Assembly: GCA_051294905.1 (NCBI GenBank)
Contig: CM119381.1
Location: 17,174,001 to 17,238,000, forward strand
Reading direction: 5' to 3'
DNA from: Botryllus schlosseri
Lineage: Eukaryota
Length of the DNA: 64,000 nucleotides
Shown here: positions 12,594 through 25,377 of the stretch, one piece after another
How the letters are laid out: every line of letters starts with the position of its first letter
Numbering within the stretch: the stretch's first letter is position 1
Notes under the pieces: model-generated
Told to the model about the DNA's origin: nothing
The model's input: the letters and a program-made list of their open reading frames with translations, nothing else
Database searches by the model: none
Position numbers and translations under genes: made by a program

Positions 12594-13103
12594 ATGGCTG
12601 GAGTTTCAACGCGCATATTTGGCTTGGGCAGACAATGTGCCCGACGATTTCTATCTCAAAGCCATAGGACGTACGCCGAAGCCGCCGCTGCGTCGCAAGC
12701 CGAGGAAATGGTCTTCACTTTTGCATCACCGGTCCAAGCATACTACAAGGAAAGTACCGACGTGCGACAAGTTGACGTGCCTACCGGCGCTGGTACGATC
12801 GGTATTCTTGCTAAGCACGTTCCGATATTCGGCGTACTAAAACCGGGAGTTATGACAGTCTTCGAGAACGACGGGAAGTCCGCCAAGTATTTCGTCAGCA
12901 GTGGCTCCTTCAACGTTAACGAAGATTCCAGCGTTCAGATCGCCGCCGAAGAGGCTGTGCCGCTTGATCAGCTCGACAGAGATGCGGCGCGAGAATGCCT
13001 TAATAAAGCGCAAGCCGAGCTGGCTTCTGCCACAAACGATCTAGAACGGGCAGAAGCTCAAATTGCTATTGACTGTAGCGAAGCTATCGTAAATGCTCTT
13101 TGA
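12594..13103 (+). CDS. ATP5F1D: Mitochondrial ATP synthase F1 delta subunit, intronless, 169 aa
   Basis: Transit-peptide-like N-terminus followed by MVFTFASP..RQVDVP...G..GILAKHVP....LKPG..V..YFVSSG...VN.DSSVQI.AEEAV.LD. True ATG taken at 12594; the ORF track extends upstream from a TTG. Confidence 0.96.
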   Translation: MAGVSTRIFGLGRQCARRFLSQSHRTYAEAAAASQAEEMVFTFASPVQAYYKESTDVRQVDVPTGAGTIGILAKHVPIFGVLKPGVMTVFENDGKSAKYFVSSGSFNVNEDSSVQIAAEEAVPLDQLDRDAARECLNKAQAELASATNDLERAEAQIAIDCSEAIVNAL

Positions 13104-13120
13104 ATGCTTGATCAATACGA

Positions 13121-13236
13121 AATAAAATCTGTTTATCAATTTTAGAAAATGCATGTGGAATTGGTTTCCGTTGAGATATTGATACCAAATTTTGTTTTGC
13201 TTTGAACAGTTTTCGCAACATCTTGTTTCATTTCAG
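13121..13236 (+). promoter_or_regulatory. Poly(A) signal followed by an unpaired splice acceptor (candidate SL trans-splice site)
   Basis: AATAAA at 13121-13126; TTGTTTCATTTCAG ending at 13236, 20 nt before the ELP6 ATG; no obvious upstream non-coding exon. Confidence 0.55.
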
Positions 13237-13256
13237 ATTTATTACGGTAGATCGAT

Positions 13257-13976
13257 ATGTTTGAGGAACTGAGTCAGTATCTTGGCTGGACAAACTGCTT
13301 TCCTGAGGGAGAGTCATTTCTGGTGATCGCAGAGGGTACAGACTGCGGGTTTATACTACAGCACTTCATTCATACTTTTTTGAAGCGAAAGCTGCCAGTA
13401 TGTCTGGTATCCACGTCACAGACATTTTCACATTATTCCCAAGCTGGTATCAAAATTGGTGCAAACCTCGATAAGGCGAGGGAAGAGAAAAGCATTCATC
13501 TAGTTGATTTAATGTCAAAGTTCTTGAATCATTACACCGGTCAAATCGAATGCGATTGGAATGCAAAAAATATATATCTTTCCATTAAAGAAGAATTGGA
13601 TTCCATGGAAATATCAGCAAATTCAATACTGATCGTTGATGACATATCCGTACTGTCCTCTTTGTGCTTGTCAATTGACGATATTGGCAATTTGTTGCAT
13701 TACCTGCACGCCTTGTCAAAGCAGCGAGGCTTCAACATTCTCATGTCAATCCCATCCTTAGATTGCGAGCAAGTCCAAGACACCCAAAGTATTGCTGAAC
13801 ATTACGCGGACACTGTGCTTTGCGTCAAGTCGCTTCAAACAGGATACAGCAAAGAGGTCCACGGTCAAATCGAGGTAGTTAAGGGTGGCCGTTCCAACTG
13901 CGGGGTACGGCAGTATAAACTCTCTGACAAGAACCTGCATCTTTTTGCCAGAGGCACGTCAATGGCCGTGTTATGA
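13257..13976 (+). CDS. ELP6: Elongator complex protein 6, intronless, 239 aa
   Basis: MFEEL..L..TDCGFILQHF..FLK....VCLVS..QTFSHYS..G.KIG.NL..; LIVDDIS.L; H.AD..L.V..L.TGYSKEVHG.IEV; QYK..DK.L.LFARG.S.AVL C-terminus. Confidence 0.93.
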   Translation: MFEELSQYLGWTNCFPEGESFLVIAEGTDCGFILQHFIHTFLKRKLPVCLVSTSQTFSHYSQAGIKIGANLDKAREEKSIHLVDLMSKFLNHYTGQIECDWNAKNIYLSIKEELDSMEISANSILIVDDISVLSSLCLSIDDIGNLLHYLHALSKQRGFNILMSIPSLDCEQVQDTQSIAEHYADTVLCVKSLQTGYSKEVHGQIEVVKGGRSNCGVRQYKLSDKNLHLFARGTSMAVL

Positions 13977-14797
13977 TTTGAATATCTATCCTACACTTAA
14001 CGACACCATATGCGCAATCGATTCATTGACACAGGCAATTTGAAGACGTATTGGTTATGTATGTCCGCTTTCATGTCACAAGGCTTGTGGAGACTAGGGA
14101 TGGGAAAAATCAAGCATATTACTCGTTCAATTTGAAGTAATTATGCCACTGAATGGATATATTACCTTTCATTGAACCCCAAAGAAAATGATATCAGTCT
14201 GACCTTCGTACTTGGTTTGCGGAAAATGATGGCAAACCAAACTAGAAGAGCTCTAGAATCATTGGACCCAGCCTTATTAGTAGCATGAAACCATTCTGAA
14301 TATAGTACATGGTGAATATTCTTATGCTCAACTTCATAATGTCATAGAAACAAACCTGCTGTAGTCAAGTAGTACTCAGTGTGTTATTACATGTGCTGCA
14401 GTGGAATGGAAAATATTGTTTGATTTAAAAAACGCTAGGCACATTTGTGACTGTAAGTGACTAACAGTGAAACATGACACTTTTGGCTAAATCTACATTG
14501 TTCTACAAAATCCATACGTCACACTTATTCCGACAGTAAGAAAGATTACGTTTTTACTAGCAGCAACAGGACAACATGGTATTGAGAGAAACAGCCTGAC
14601 AAGATCTCTCAGGTGTACTCGCAGGCAAAATGTCGCCTAGAAAACCATCAGCTTTTTTGATTTGTATTCAAAACACATAAATAATCACGATCGCCAGTGT
14701 AAAATATGCTCAAATGACCTCAGCTTTAGAAGGAGCTTTGTAAGAATGCGAGGAACTGTAATGGCAGTAGGCACTGTATTTCTCGTGATAGCGATAT

Positions 14798-17700
14798 CTA
14801 AGATTCCTCTGCACCTGCAGATAACGCGATATTCAGATCGGACATATCGGGATCTGCTGATATTGACAAGTTCTTTTCATTGGCCAGATGCAATAAGCAA
14901 GTGAATGCTAGTGGGATGGATAAATTCTCAGTCATCGTCTGTGGCATGAGACCAGGTAGTCCGGCATAGTACAAGTCGCTGAATGTCTTTTTATCTGTGT
15001 CGCATTCGGCGGTACTCTGCTCGGCGGTGCTGATGTCACTTTTCGCTACGCTGATGTCGTTTTTACTGCTATGAAGTGCATTCCACATCGCCGATTTGAG
15101 TTTTCTCACGTCCACCCGAGTGGCCTTCTTTGCGTACGCTATGGAGATCTTTTCGACCTGCAAACGCACGTGGTGTCAACAAATTATATTACTCACGGTA
15201 CAGAGAGCATAAAGTCAGAATTTTTTACAAATTTCAAGTCCACCCATCGTACAGATTGATACAATGCAAGAAAAACTGAAGATTTGCTTCAAATTAGAGG
15301 CAAAATAAGATTATAGCGATGGCCCCCGAATCTATACAGATTTGTAGTTCGGCATAGGAAGCCACAACAAAAAACAAAGTGAAGACACTAACTAGCAGAT
15401 ATTATAATGAATGATAGCGCTCTAAAAGCAAGTACACATTCTGCATCTATAGATATTTGAGTCACTACTTGAGAGTCGCTAATTTAAATATTGTCGAGTC
15501 ACATTGAGATCTATGCCACTCCTCAGAACTGATTGTGACTATTCCATATGCAACACATGCAGTACCAATCCAGTCCTACCTTCCGTGGATGCGATATCAA
15601 GTGGTCTCCCTTTAACATGGCGTCCATGTCCATTTGGGCTTGATTCTGTGATTGAGACAGGGTCATGTCGGGGAAGCTGTGGCCCTCGTTGGTCGTGTAG
15701 TCCGTCGCAAAATCTGAAGGCATAACGTTAATTAAACGGAACATTGCCGACGACGTATAACAAATTATTCGTCTACCTCGTTTATACATTCACACAAAAA
15801 TGGCAGGCCTCTTATTAAATCATTTCCGGCGTCAGGTCAAAAAAGACCTAAACCAGCAATTGATAGCAAGATAGTAAGTTTCTATACTAGGAGACAAGTG
15901 ATTGTCAATGTGGGTGGTTACAGACAGGGTGGCAATTCAATTCTACTTTTATAGTTCTCAATACCGAGTGAAAACCAAGTTGGGTTCACGGGTTAGAGCT
16001 CCATCCTGTCCAATTCACATTTTAACAACTCAGTTTGGGTGATATGATATTGAACGCCTCGCATTCATATTGTAGTGATTTTTGTCACTCTACAGTTTCT
16101 GGCTTTATTTTACTATAATCAGTGCTGATAAAGATATTAAACGAAATACCAACAATGTGGCAGCTTACTATTCTTCCAAGTTACAACGACACGGTTGTTT
16201 TGGCCGTCTGAGATTCGAGACACCCCTTGTGGGAGTGTTTTCACAATGACAAGACGCAAAAAATTCTAAGGGGTGTTACGGGGCACGAACGAATTCAGTT
16301 TCTTACAAAGCTGAATTTTTATCAATTGAAATTGATGCTCAAGTTGTACGTTTCAGTGCATTTTCAACTCGTCAAATTTGGTGCTCACAGCGAGAAATTT
16401 GAACTACATGGCCCACCTGGGCCCGATCCAGCCAGCTGATTCATTCATTCATGCAAAGATTAGTAGCCTACTTAGGTATTAAGATGGTGGAGCAGAATTA
16501 TTACTCAACTAAAACTACTCGAGTGATGCAAGCAGATATTAAAGCTACCGAGTACTATCGAACAGCAGATAAACATTGTTACAAATGACCTCTGGGTCTT
16601 ACGGGGGTAATAACAAGACATATCAAGTCTGGGGTGATAAGTCAAAAACGTTTGAGCACCACCACGACAGATATTAGTACGTCACATTAAATGATGATAA
16701 TGGTTTAAAATTTCCAAGTATCTTCAGCCCATTATTCAACACGAAGATATCTAATGCGCTGCTTACAAGAAGAAAACAACCAAGCCTGCCAGCATTTTCT
16801 TTCCAAATAATAGTTTGACCGAGAGCTCATCGCGAATTTCACTTACTCGCCGGTATATCGTCTCCCGGATCAAAGCAGTCGTCGTCAGTCATGTTCGGGC
16901 AATAATTGTTCTTATCGTTGGCGTTGTCATAATTGTACGACCCTAGCTGATCCACATCAACGTCCACGTCGGCTCGTTTCAAATGTGCGAGAGGGTTAAT
17001 GCGAACATGCGACTGAAGATTGCATCTGAAAAAAGCGGAAAAATTTCTTTTCAAACGTGACAGCAGATGTCACTGACAGATGGCTACCAAAGATGCTGAA
17101 TAGTCCATAACCATTTTAGGGAAATTCAAAGTGTAAAAAGCATGTAATTTTGCCTAAAAAACAGATCAAATAAAAGTGAGAATTTCACACATAAGATGAC
17201 GCGAACATACCACAAAACTACATCCACTCAACAGAATTATTGCCATAAGAACTGTCAAGTAGAAAAGGAACATGATTAATCTAAAAACATTTAGATTTGA
17301 GTCAGTTGTGGAAAACCTACATGAGTGCCCCGAAAAATTAGGAGTACTCCGTTACTGACAAACTATGTGGCAAGGCCCTGTGGTGTGCTTTGTCATGTAC
17401 ACCACGAACTGCTCCCCATGACCATCGCCGATCGGTATGCTCCATGAACATCTCACAAAGTATAGCTTTTCAAGTGATCAGAATCTATGATTTCAATGAA
17501 ACTAGATATATTTACAGATGTCGGGACTTTGGTTAGGTTCGAGGTGTCATAAGGTTAGGGCTGGCTTTGGGGTATTGTAACATTATGGTTGGGTAAACTT
17601 ATGGTATCGTAAGGTTCGGTTTGGGATTAAGGACAGGTTGGGGGTAAGGGTAATGAATGGTCCTATGATACCCATACCCTTAAACAGTTGAAAACGATTG

Positions 17701-20700
17701 ATGATCGGGTGTGACACTATAAATTTTGATATGTTAATGGGAATCCAGATTAGTGATTTTCACGTTGTGGAAGATAGTATAATATGCTAGACCCCGATTA
17801 CGTGTCAATGGTCCCCCCGTGATAGCTTTAAATTCACATACTTCGCCAGGTCAGGCAGGCTGTATTCGCCGGCCGACGGCAGCAGCCGTTCGATCACTGC
17901 CAGTTTCATTTTCTCTCTCATCCGTCGCGTTATCATCGTAGACTTCTTCGCACGCTCGAAACCGTCTTCTTCTACCTCCACGTTCTGCGCCTTGTAGTCG
18001 ATGTAAAGTTTCTTTTTGCGTTTCCTCGAGTGGCCGCCACCCTGTTCCGTATCGTTCGCGGCGTCCGCGGGCGTCTCTGAAATTACAAATGCGCGATAAA
18101 ACGGAGTCGGAGTTTCGTTAAATTTACTCTCTAAAGCAGAGGTGGGCAAACTACGGCCCGCAACGCCGTTTTGTGCGGCCCGCGAATGACTAAAGAAACG
18201 CTGTAAAAATATTGATAAAATGCGTACTAAAAATCAAATACCGTGGTACTTGATTAAACTTTTTCCCAATATATTTTAACATGATAAGTTATATTCCTAG
18301 CATACTATTTTTGATTTCATTGACGGCGCGATAGCCCGAACTCGAGGCCCATGAATTTTGAAAGTTTCCGATTGCTAAACATCACAGAGAGTACAACGTA
18401 AATGACTCAAATCGGACCTCGAGCGTGATTTTAGATTGGCAACACGAGCAAGTTTATAACTTTTAGTGCTGTACTTAAAATAAGATTCGGACGTGTGTTA
18501 GGTAGATTCATTCTTTGTACGTGTAGAATTATTTATAATTATAATATTTATACATTGTAGAAGCGTATTTAAGGGTAACATGGTCATGATGATGTCAGCA
18601 AATTTTCACACTTGCAATACCGGAGTCAAATCCGAAAAAATCGGTAAATTTGTGCCGAGTTTGTAGTTGGTTGACTAAAAAAAAAAAGAAGGTCATCATT
18701 TTCATTCGACTCCAAATTCGCCCCCATTTTACTGGAATTTAGTGGTGTTGACTGAGAAAAAAAATCAAGAAGGAGGAGAAATAGCCAAAAAAGAGGACAA
18801 AAGGGCGTCCTCCGAGGACACTTTCAAAAAATTTAAAAAAGAGGACAAATCCTCTTAAAAGAGGACGTATGGTAACCCCAGTAACCAAAAGTACATTCAG
18901 CAAATCTATGAATAGATTCCTGCTCAGACTCAAATTTACATCCAGTTCTAAGAATCGGGACAACAGACTTCTATCCCTACCTAATTCTTACAATGAGGAC
19001 GACCAGCTTCTCAATTCCCGTCAATCTTTCCGACGCGTTTACGTTGTCATGAAATCGATGTTTGGTTTGTTTTAAATATACAAATACATAAATATTATTT
19101 CCATGTCGTCGGTCCTATATAACCAAATACCAATATTGAATTTTGGCTTAGTATCATAATTTTATATAGTGCGGCCCGCGAATGGATTAAAAAGTTTGCC
19201 CGCCCCTGCCCTACAGAGTCACAGAAATTTTGTAACACGCTTTGGAGTCGGAGTAACACACAGTTACTGGAGTCGGAGTTTGCTAAAGCGCTCTTGACTA
19301 TGTTACGACCTGACATGGGGTGATTACTTCATCAACATATTCGATTACAGTTACTTCAGAATCAAGCGATTACGACTGCAGCACAATCACGATTATACGG
19401 AAAAGCAATCAAGATTACATGTATTAAGCTTCTTAGAACTTGAGCCTTGAACACGTGTTGGAAGGCAATATGACAATTGCGATGATAACGCCTCATGACA
19501 GAACAATTCTCTTGCAATGATGAACAGCAGAGTTACAAAATCCGTCTACTATCAATATTAACACACTATTCCTTGTTCGCTAATGTTCAGTTTATGCCAA
19601 AGCCGCCGAGCAAGTAAAAAATAATTGCTCTTTTACCAAGAAATTGATTAGATATGTGAAATAATCCATTACGATTACCATGAGTCTGGTTCCAACTACA
19701 TTAAAATCAAAGCTACAGTAGTTCTTCATCGGACATTACACGAATCCTGTGACTTGCTTAGCCAATCTCGCAGTTTCGCTGGAGGATAAGACACACGTGC
19801 GACTCATACAACTGAAGTCACACTGATTTGCTGTAGATATTCATAGCCCTCTTTTGTGCTTTTTGTGCAAATTATATATTGGTTTTGTTCTTTTAACACT
19901 GTTGTTACCGCAAAGTTTTTTTTCGATGCCCCAGTATTCCATAGAAAAGTGTGTGATGTGTTAAGTTTTTGCTTTTGGGGTCCGTCAGTTTGGTAAAGGT
20001 TAAAACTACTACCGAGTACCAGTACTACCTACTTGCGGATGGCGCTCTGCTTTGCAGTCTCATCTTCCAATGGTTGGGTCCCTCCCACGTGGATATAGCG
20101 CCGGACCTGAAGTAAGAGTATTCGCCGGGTTCGAACGCCGTGATGAGCTGTTCGTCCATGCCCGTGGGCTTGTCTTGGGAGTCTGCTGGCATGAAAATCT
20201 GGCTGGGTTCTTCGAAGGCACAGTCGTCGACGTCCGGAGGCGCGGAATCCATGACGGCATCGTTGTCATCGTCAGTTTGCGACTCCGAACACATCGGGTC
20301 CGTGTCCTGGCTCGAAGGCGCGCTGCTGTCATCGCCTGCAGCAAAATACGCTCCAGCTTCGTTAACAGGTCGATTCGGCCAACGAGTGTTTAGTATATAG
20401 CATATAGGTTATTCGAATACTAGCAGCTGAGCAAAATTCAGTACCAGATTAATTTGACACCAAATTTAGTACTAAACATAGAGCATTCGAAAATCACTCA
20501 TCATGACATCATACCAATATGGAAGTTCGCCAAAAATTAGAATCCAAACGACACAACCAACCAGGGTTGTAAAGTCATGAGGTCGCGAGTCACAAGTCAA
20601 TCCTATTTTCATAGTTTTGACTATAGTCAAGTCGAGTCATTTTCAATTCACCACCGAGTCATTATGTTAACCGTTCAGTTCAATCGGGTTCAACCTACTT

Positions 20701-23700
20701 TTTGAACTCCGGGAGTGATATAGAATGGCTCGCATTCATAATACCGTAACTTTGCTCAATCTCAACAGTTTCTGGCCCGATTTTTCAAGTATCAGGACTG
20801 ATAGACGATATACCAATCCTGTGGACACGTTACTATTCTTCGACGTTACAATGAATCGTCTGTCACGACCGTCCTAATCTCGAGTCATAAGACTTGGTTC
20901 AGGCGCAAATTAGAGTCGATAAAAAAATTTACCAGAGTCGAGTCACCAAATTATCGCGACTAGAGTCATTACAACCCTGCACAGCACCACGGCATAGTTT
21001 CCGACCGATCGACCATAGCCTACCTATTCTATTGCACTTTGCGACACTGCAGCCATGAAAACGGCCCAAGGGCAAACCCGCTTGATTATGCCCTGCTCTA
21101 CTAAATTGCAAGGCAATCACCAACCAAGATTCCAGTTTTCGCTGTCCCTGTCCCACTGAAATTCTTCCGGCGCTTTACAGATGCATCCCTTTTTGAGGGT
21201 CTCGCACAGTTTCGTCAGATCCGCGAAGTGTTCCTCGGCGCTTCTCTCGTATTCAAGTTTGCGCTTCTCGACGTCTTCGTCATTCTCTACGGGTTCAAAT
21301 ACATTTCAACAATTCGTTGACTGAGAGATGAATGATATCCATCAGGTAGGTTTTAAAAACAGACGACCGTTCCATGTCGCTGTCGGTAACAGAAGATAAT
21401 GTGCATTGAAAACCTAACTTCCGACTGAGACTTCGACAGGAGCATTCCCGATGATTGTTATATATTGTTATATCCCACCTTCATCTTGGACCCTGTTAGC
21501 GGCCAAGGCAGAGTCCAATTCCGAATGGTATCTGACCGTCAGGCCGTCTTTGCAAAGGGTCAGGTGATTAACGAGGAGTCCGCTGGTGTTGGCAACGTCA
21601 AATACCGAGGCGTAGTACTGGTCGAGCGGATCCGTGGGATAAGCAACTTCCAACTGCTTCAATCTTAACGCCGACGGATTGTTTTCCAGAATCTAGACAG
21701 CAAAAAATCTATAATTCACACGGTTTGGAAAGCCGTAGACCAGGGTTGTAACCAAGTCGCAAGGTTCCGAGTCACAAGTCAATCTCACTTTTATAGTTTT
21801 GACTCGTGTCAAGTCGAGTCATTTTCAATTCACCACCGAGTCAAGTCCAAGTCCAAGTCAGCGAGCAGAGGGTCGAGTCCGAGTCATGGTATTATGACTC
21901 GAGCCCGAGTCCAAGTGTTTGTGTTGACTGCTCAGTTTCCAGTTAAAGTCTTGTTGAACCCACTTTCTATCACTCTGTTTGGTGATATTCGCAATTATAA
22001 TATAGGCTACTAATTTTCCTCCCTTTTAGCAGTTTCTGGTCGCATTTTCAAGTACCAGTACCAGTAGCACTGCGTCTCAAATCATATGACTTGGTTCGGG
22101 TCACGCGGTATGACTCGAGTCCAATTTGAGTCAAGTAGAGCCATTAGAAAATTGTGGCTCAAGTCGAGTCATGACCTGAGTCATTACAACCTTGTTAGTA
22201 AGTATTAGTTTTCGTTATCTACGAGTCTTGATTTGCTTTGCAATTACAGAAAAAACACAATTGTAATAACTTCAGCTAATAATAGAATACAACACAGCTG
22301 AATCGCGTCATAGAGCCTATAGCTGCAAACCCTTTTTGACAAGCAGGCCTGATAGAAATAACGCCGTGAAACCCTGGGTGGGTGATAGGCTTTCAAGTAG
22401 TCTCACTAGGAATTGATAGCTGTGATAATATATGGTGAATACCGGTAGGAAAACTGCATATAGTGCGGAAAAATTAATGTGATTGAATGACATTTATCAA
22501 AATTATTGATTGCCAATGCTTGATTTTAGTTAACTAGAAACCCATTTCATGGGCAGCACAAATTTACTCCTGTGGATGAATGCAAACGATGCTCAACTGC
22601 ACAATGCACACCCCTGGTATAGCCCATTAAAGTCGCAGAATATGCCAGATTTTCTTATGTAAAATACCTTCGAGCGTTTCTTCTTTTTCCTCCCGGGTAT
22701 TCGCTTTTCGGAGTCATCGTCATCTGGACCCCCTTCACCATCATATGCAGCATTTTTTTCTTCATTGGAGCCCCGTCCAAGACTGCTCATCACCCTATAA
22801 TTAGTATAGCAGCACTGATCAATTTTACCTCACGATATTGACATAGCTATTTTCACATTTGAACTAGGATGAAACTTCTCTAAATCAAAACACACACTCA
22901 CTTGTAAGCTTCTGAATGGACAGCATCGACCCTGGAAGCGTATATTTTAGCACTGGCGAATATAGTACCGCCCGCCATTTGGAAGTTCAATACTCCTTCA
23001 CACCTCTGCTTCAACATTTCGTTCATGTGATCGATCAAATGCAAACTAAATGCATTTTTTGCCTGCAGATAAGGTGACAATATGAAAAATATAATTACCA
23101 GGTAAAAAGAGGACAGGACTTGGCCACAGAACCACCAAAAGATATTCAAGAATTTATTTATAGAGATGGTGTTGTGGCTGAAATGCTATGAAAATGCATT
23201 CTTATCAGTGTGTTAGCATTGCTGAATATGGTTCATGATACTGGTAGCATATAAGATCACTTGATACGACTTGACTTCTGACAGCTGGCCGTTAGCCGAC
23301 ATCCAATAGATTAAAAGTATGAAATCTCTATAATCACAGGTTGCTGGTCAATGGTACAATGATATTCAGTCTAGCACTATAATATGATTCTTTCTCTGCT
23401 GTCGTATACCCGGTATGGTTCTTAGCCAGCAGGCTATGGAAGAATTTGAGGTGGACTACAGAAATACTTCGGAAAATTTATAAAGTTGGTGATGTTTAGT
23501 ATTACAGCATACATATACATATTTAAAAATTTATGTTACTTGAAGCTTTTAGGCTGAATCCCAGTCACAATTGAAAATCAGTAAAAGTGGTATGGTGAAT
23601 TTGAAATATATATAGAAAGCGTTTTGTCACTGTGACAGGCTCGTAAGAACCGATAAAGTGAACAGAATAACCTGAAACATACGCAACGGTATTAAAATAT

Positions 23701-24285
23701 TCACAAGTTGTTATGTCCTTCAAAAGTCTGCTGACTTCTCACATCAACAGGAATAAATACAGGATCAAGTCACAAAAACAGAATCCATCCATATTTTGAT
23801 TAAAACTTGATATAGCCCTAACACTGACGTACCAGTACGGGCTACCGTGCCCCTCCGACTAGAATAGTAATCGAATTTATACTCACGGTTATCTTATTCT
23901 CAGTCGATAGCTTAATACAATTCACGTAATGAGACGCTAACTGATCGTTAGTGAGTTTTGCGTCTTCCCTGGCATTATCTTCCGCAGGCTGCAAGAACGC
24001 AAAGTTTGAAATGCAGTACATAGGTATAGGTCTAAACTTCAGTCTGCTTGCTACAAAACTTACCAATGAAATGGGGACAACATTGATAGTCCTTGATCGT
24101 CTCTTTTCTTTCTTCTCGCGAAGGTCTTCTTCATTGCGAACTTCCGGGAGAGGTGATTGATAGAGTGTTGAACCTTTTGACGACAGACCGATTGACCTTC
24201 TGGTTTGAGGTGAGCATACAGCGGGGCCATCCCCCGACCCAACTGCTGCGAATGAGCGCTTGCGTGATAAATGCGGAGTTGCCAT
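14798..24285 (-). CDS. NCAPH: Condensin I kleisin subunit H (Barren), 11 exons
   Basis: Exons 24285-24064, 23988-23887, 23062-22902, ~22794-22668, ~21695-21476, ~21296-21130, ~20337-20034, ~18080-17845, ~17025-16845, ~15716-15581, ~15157-14798. Motifs [97 protein letters not shown]. Confidence 0.95.
18137..19208. mobile_element. hAT (Charlie-like) non-autonomous element with a nested GAGGAC-repeat hAT fragment (~18740-18880)
   Basis: TIRs CAGAGGTGGGCAAACT / AGTTTGCCCGCCCCTG, subterminal GCGGCCCGCG, flanks CTCTAAAG / CCCTACAG (6/8 TSD). Confidence 0.8.
20562..20979. mobile_element. MITE with GACTC/GAGTC subterminal repeats
   Basis: TIR CAGGGTTGTAA / TTACAACCCTG; internal sequence shared with ~16000, ~21950 and ~39550; TSD not preserved. 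Confidence 0.75.
21741..22194. mobile_element. MITE of the same GAGTC-repeat family
   Basis: CAGGGTTGTAA / TTACAACCTTG termini and dense (C/G)AAGTC/GAGTC repeats; TSD not preserved. Confidence 0.75.
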
Positions 24286-24736
24286 CCTCAGAATCGCAGC
24301 ATAAGACTATATAATATGTTGGCAGAGTGCATAGAGATACTACGATAAACTACAGGAGAAAAAAAATACATCACAACACGGATACCACAAGCCAGGATAT
24401 AGAGAATGTATCCTCTATTGCACGGCGCAACTGTCAAAACGCAAACTACAAATTCAGACGTAGATTGCAGAAAAGAGGCGATTCGTCACGACAACGGCGA
24501 GACGAACGACTTGTCGGAAACATGGCTGTTTAGAAATATACAATGACGGATTATTTAGATTTGTTCGTGGATGGCGATGAGAACGCATAAATACAACTCC
24601 ATTATCAACATTAATATGACGGAGACGTACATCCCATATTCTCGATATCTGTACTATGTTTTCACTGATTACACTAATACAACAACATGAACTTCCGAAA
24701 AGTATAACGAACCCGAAATTGTCAAACCAAATACCT

Positions 24737-24844
24737 TTCAAAAACGCGAAAATCATCTATTTTTTTATTCATATTTGCTGGTGCCTTTGGCAACCCCGCT
24801 GAGCTTTGCTTTGGATCGGTAGATGGCTCAATTTACGCGGGAAA
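24737..24844. promoter_or_regulatory. Candidate cell-cycle elements in the NCAPH/CDCA5 divergent promoter
   Basis: Minus strand TTTTCGCG (24752-24745) next to CHR-type TTTGAA (24742-24737); E2F consensus TTTCCCGC at 24844-24837. Short motifs that can occur by chance. Confidence 0.35.
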
Positions 24845-25377
24845 CGCGGATAACAAAAATATTCGTACGTACGGAAGTCGTACATGCGAACAATACTTCC
24901 TGGCAACCTTGCGCTGAATCATCCTTCCTGATCCTTGATTTCATTGCATGAAAAAGTGAGGAGATAGCACATAAATATTTCTATCATGGCAGATACCATA
25001 CCACCGTGATGATTCGACGAGGGAAAAGCGATAAATTACGTCGTAATGTCAGCATCTCCACTGACGTATATTCATACAGTACCTAGAATTGCTGCACATA
25101 AAATAATCGATAAATCAAGCTAAAAATATATTTCCGAATAAAACATTAGCTGTGGATTTATAATTTCCATTGCATCTGCAGGCAAAACCTATGTGGTCCC
25201 ATGCAAAAGACCATGCTACCCAGTACTATTTCGAAGTATCACAGTTGTTTGGTACTTTGTTTATCGCGGGAGAATTTGAGTGGACTGGCTTCTCGAGTGA
25301 AACCATTATTGCGCTAGTAACGACTAGAGATTGAGACTGCGTGTGAATATTATCCAGCTCTATATCGTGTATCCAGC

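Noticed and set aside
17520-17680. TTAGGG-like tract as an interstitial telomere
   Set aside because: Too degenerate and short, and it resembles the interspersed repeat at ~7600.
24890-25000. U1 snRNA-like start (ATACTTCCTGGCA)
   Set aside because: Similarity ends after ~13 nt; no U1 stem-loops or Sm site.
25007-25064. Box C (GTGATGA) / box D (CTGA) snoRNA-like motif
   Set aside because: Short (~58 nt), weak terminal stem, no C'/D' boxes and no recognisable guide target.
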